Assembly (NCBI GenBank): GCA_030704615.1
Contig: CM060732.1
Location: forward strand, 71,734,001 to 71,798,000
Origin: Takakia lepidozioides
Taxonomy: Eukaryota; Plantae; Bryophyta
DNA: 64,000 nt
Direction of reading: 5' to 3'
Shown here: piece after piece, positions 61,340 through 64,000 of the stretch
How positions within the stretch are numbered: the first letter of the stretch is position 1
Layout: every line of letters begins with the position of its first letter
The notes under the pieces: model-generated
Seen by the model: only the letters and a program-made list of their open reading frames with translations
Databases searched by the model: none
What the model was told of the DNA's origin: nothing
Position numbers and translations under genes: made by a program

Positions 61340-62494
61340 CTCTACAATTGGGCCTTTCGCGCTAGATCATATTAACATGTATCGCCCACCTCCAAAAGAA
61401 ACTTTTCTTGCACTAGAAGGTCCTTCGAGAACGTACCGCATAGATGTTACTTTCTCCTTTCAGCCTGTAAGATTAGCTCCGTCTGCAAGTGAGAACATGT
61501 CAGTGATCGATGCCAGCTTATAAACTTCGCTATATGAAACATTTAATCCTGGCAGAGCAAGTTCTGAGCGAGCATTTCATGAACATCTTGAGATTGTTCA
61601 GACTGCGAGTACTTAATCTGAAATGCCGAATTCTAAACGCACCTGAGCCAACTGTCCAACATGATCCGGATACATTTTTGGCCAACCCCGCAAAGGGGTT
61701 GGCCATGTGTGAAATCTTAGTGTCATCAACATGATGCTCATATGTATGAGCACTGCGTGTACTGGTTGCTCTGGACAGGAAAGAAGTATTGGAGCTGTAA
61801 GCTTCTGCAGCTGCAACAAAATTCACAGAATGAGTCGTTGTGCAGCACAGGTACAATCAGCACCGATGGATGTCTGCGCTGGACTATCACCATTGTCCAG
61901 GTGAGATAAAAAATATCTCTCGTTTGGACAAGAAAACGTGTCATCAACATTACCACACCTTGCACTAACTAGTCAGGTCTCAATACCTAGGCAGTGCCCA
62001 CCATCCCAGGTATGTACCCCGGATCCACCATTGCCATGAATGGTGGTTACGACCACCGGATTTCCTCCTTAGTCGCAGCATGTGGATGCAAGATCTAGTA
62101 TACCATTGCAAGAAGTCTATATAGATATCACTAATCGCGATCTCAATACTGATGTATCATGCTGCGCATGATACAGATATAAAGTTGTGCAGGAAAGGCA
62201 CATCCTCAAACAAACCTGGGGCCTTTTACCTTCCAGGACTGGGAACTGTAGCCAGAAAATACTTGTTGTTGATAAAAAGCAGCACCGTTTTCCTCAGAAC
62301 TGAAGGGCGCCGGACAAAAGCTCCTTAATCGCAGATTGTCCAACTCTTCTTTACAGTGTCCCTCATTACACTGAGAAGGTCTGGACAGCACTTGGGTCTC
62401 TCTAACCCTCGGCCTACACTCTACCTAGCAGATCTCCACATACAGGAATATCTCAAGCCTCAAACATACACTTCCTTTCTCATTGACAAACTTG

Positions 62495-62552
62495 TTTATA
62501 TATAGTCTTTCGGCCTGACTCCGATCTCTCCCTCTCTAGCTCTCTCTCTCTA
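62495..62552 (-). promoter_or_regulatory. Possible TATA box and GA-rich tract upstream of the DREB gene
   Basis: Minus-strand (GA)n then CTATATATAAA about 1.2 kb upstream of the ORF. Confidence 0.3.
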
Positions 62553-64000
62553 TATGTGTAGATTCATGAACATGTAGGGGACTCTTTAAAAATATCCTAT
62601 TCTGAAAGGTACTATCGTGTTCCTCTTTAATCTTTGTCAAAAACACGGCGACATGTACACCCATATGTTCTGCGTCAATCACGCTCCGTCGCTCTTCTGT
62701 CTGGCCCCAGAGCAGAACCCACGAGTTCTCACTTTGTGGAGAGTGCCTGCTCCACCAGTGGCCTTGCAGTCCCAGGTACTACTCAGTGGGGAGTCCGTTT
62801 TGAACAGATCTCTTGGACCCACCTAAGCATCGCCCGTGTACCACTCGAAATGCACCACCGTGCGACAAAATCTAAGGACTAGGTTCCAGGTAGGCGCTGG
62901 TGGACCCGACTTGAGGATACCAACCAATCGTTTGCAAACCAGCATGTTCAATTATTTTGTGTCAAAGTATTTTGCTGGGCAGTGTATGTGACAGTCTCTC
63001 ACTTCGTGACTCTTCATATTCACTTTCCAGGCCCCACTTCATAAATTGATTGCGCTGCGCAGTCACGTCAAGTGGCACCCGCACGCTGCAGGCAAATTTC
63101 TGCAGAAGCTCCTTCTCATTGATACACAAGCCTTCAGCACTTGAACTTGTCAAGTTGATTCAACGATTAGTATCATGTTTCCAGGCATGAACTGAATTAC
63201 ATTCTCGTTTCTTCTCAGATCATGAATGTCTTTAACCTTATGTACAATATGCATACTATAGTGCTATTATTCACGAAGTGGTAAGTTAGAAATCGAGATA
63301 AACTTAATGAAAGTCTGAACTCTGAAGCTGACACAATCACAATAAGAATGTGGAGAGCTAGCCAATACTATTCCACCAGGCCAGTTGGATAGTTCAAGCA
63401 AACATGTTGGGGATCCATGGCCTGCAAAGACGGCAAGGGTAAAATTAGCATGCGCTTGTGTCGGTTAGAGATGGAATGATCATTTGAATAACAAATGCTA
63501 CCTTGGGTTGCCGAGTAGGTGATGTGGCTCCCCCCCTCAATCATTTCAAGGAATCCCACTGAAGTTTCCAGACTGACAAGCGGCAAGTTGCAAGGCGGCC
63601 CAGGAGTCCCTCGTGAGTGAATTGGTTGCGATGGTGGGGGCGTAGGAAAATAATAGAGACTTAGGTATACAAGGCTAAAAGAAAAGGTTGCTCGCCGTAG
63701 TACCTGTATATTCTATATGCCCGGATCCCAATGTTGCTTGCTCTTTGTTTTTGCACAGTGCAGCACCCACCTTCTTAGGGGTACGTACTACGTACAGAAC
63801 TTAGCAGCGGAGCAGTTGGGGCTTGCCTGCTTCAGTGATTTAAAGGAAAAAACAGGAAAACATTCCAGAAGGTGCAGAAGGTGCACTTGTACAAGTTTGC
63901 AGTGTACTATCTTACAGCGGGCAGCTTCACTGACTTGGGGGCAGTGCAGTGTAACATCTCCTGTGTGGTCTACAACACTCCGAAAATAAGTACAGCAGAG

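Overview
Eukaryotic, repeat-rich land-plant DNA, most consistent with a non-seed plant. The moss-like call is an inference from the PLS-PPR N-termini and a fungal-type chromovirus. Host genes, all on the minus strand except the PPR relic: (1) a 4-exon family-1 UDP-glycosyltransferase (586-3508) with a GC-AG first intron and an apparent 1-nt frameshift; (2) a decayed, internally amplified PLS-class PPR locus (~14.9-18.4 kb, + strand); (3) three tandem paralogues of an atypical AP2-domain gene inside a duplicated ~4 kb unit (one open copy at 22.1-23.3 kb, two damaged copies at 34.3-35.2 and 42.7-44.3 kb) that share a promoter-like block; (4) a fragment encoding an unnamed Cys-rich domain fused to a RING-H2 finger (30.9-31.4 kb); (5) a canonical DREB-type (group III) AP2/ERF gene (59.8-61.3 kb). 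Mobile DNA: a 5'-truncated non-L1 LINE with a 16-bp TSD and an internally inverted segment (38.9-42.2 kb), a degenerate Ty3 chromovirus with dissimilar LTRs and a possible self-priming PBS (46.0-52.5 kb), L1 remnants, several PIF/Harbinger-like MITEs with TTA/TAA TSDs, a multi-copy tRNA-derived SINE family, long hairpins and a telomere-like tract. The best candidates for novel biology are the atypical AP2 gene cluster and the Cys-rich+RING protein. All calls come from reading the sequence by eye; no database searches were run.
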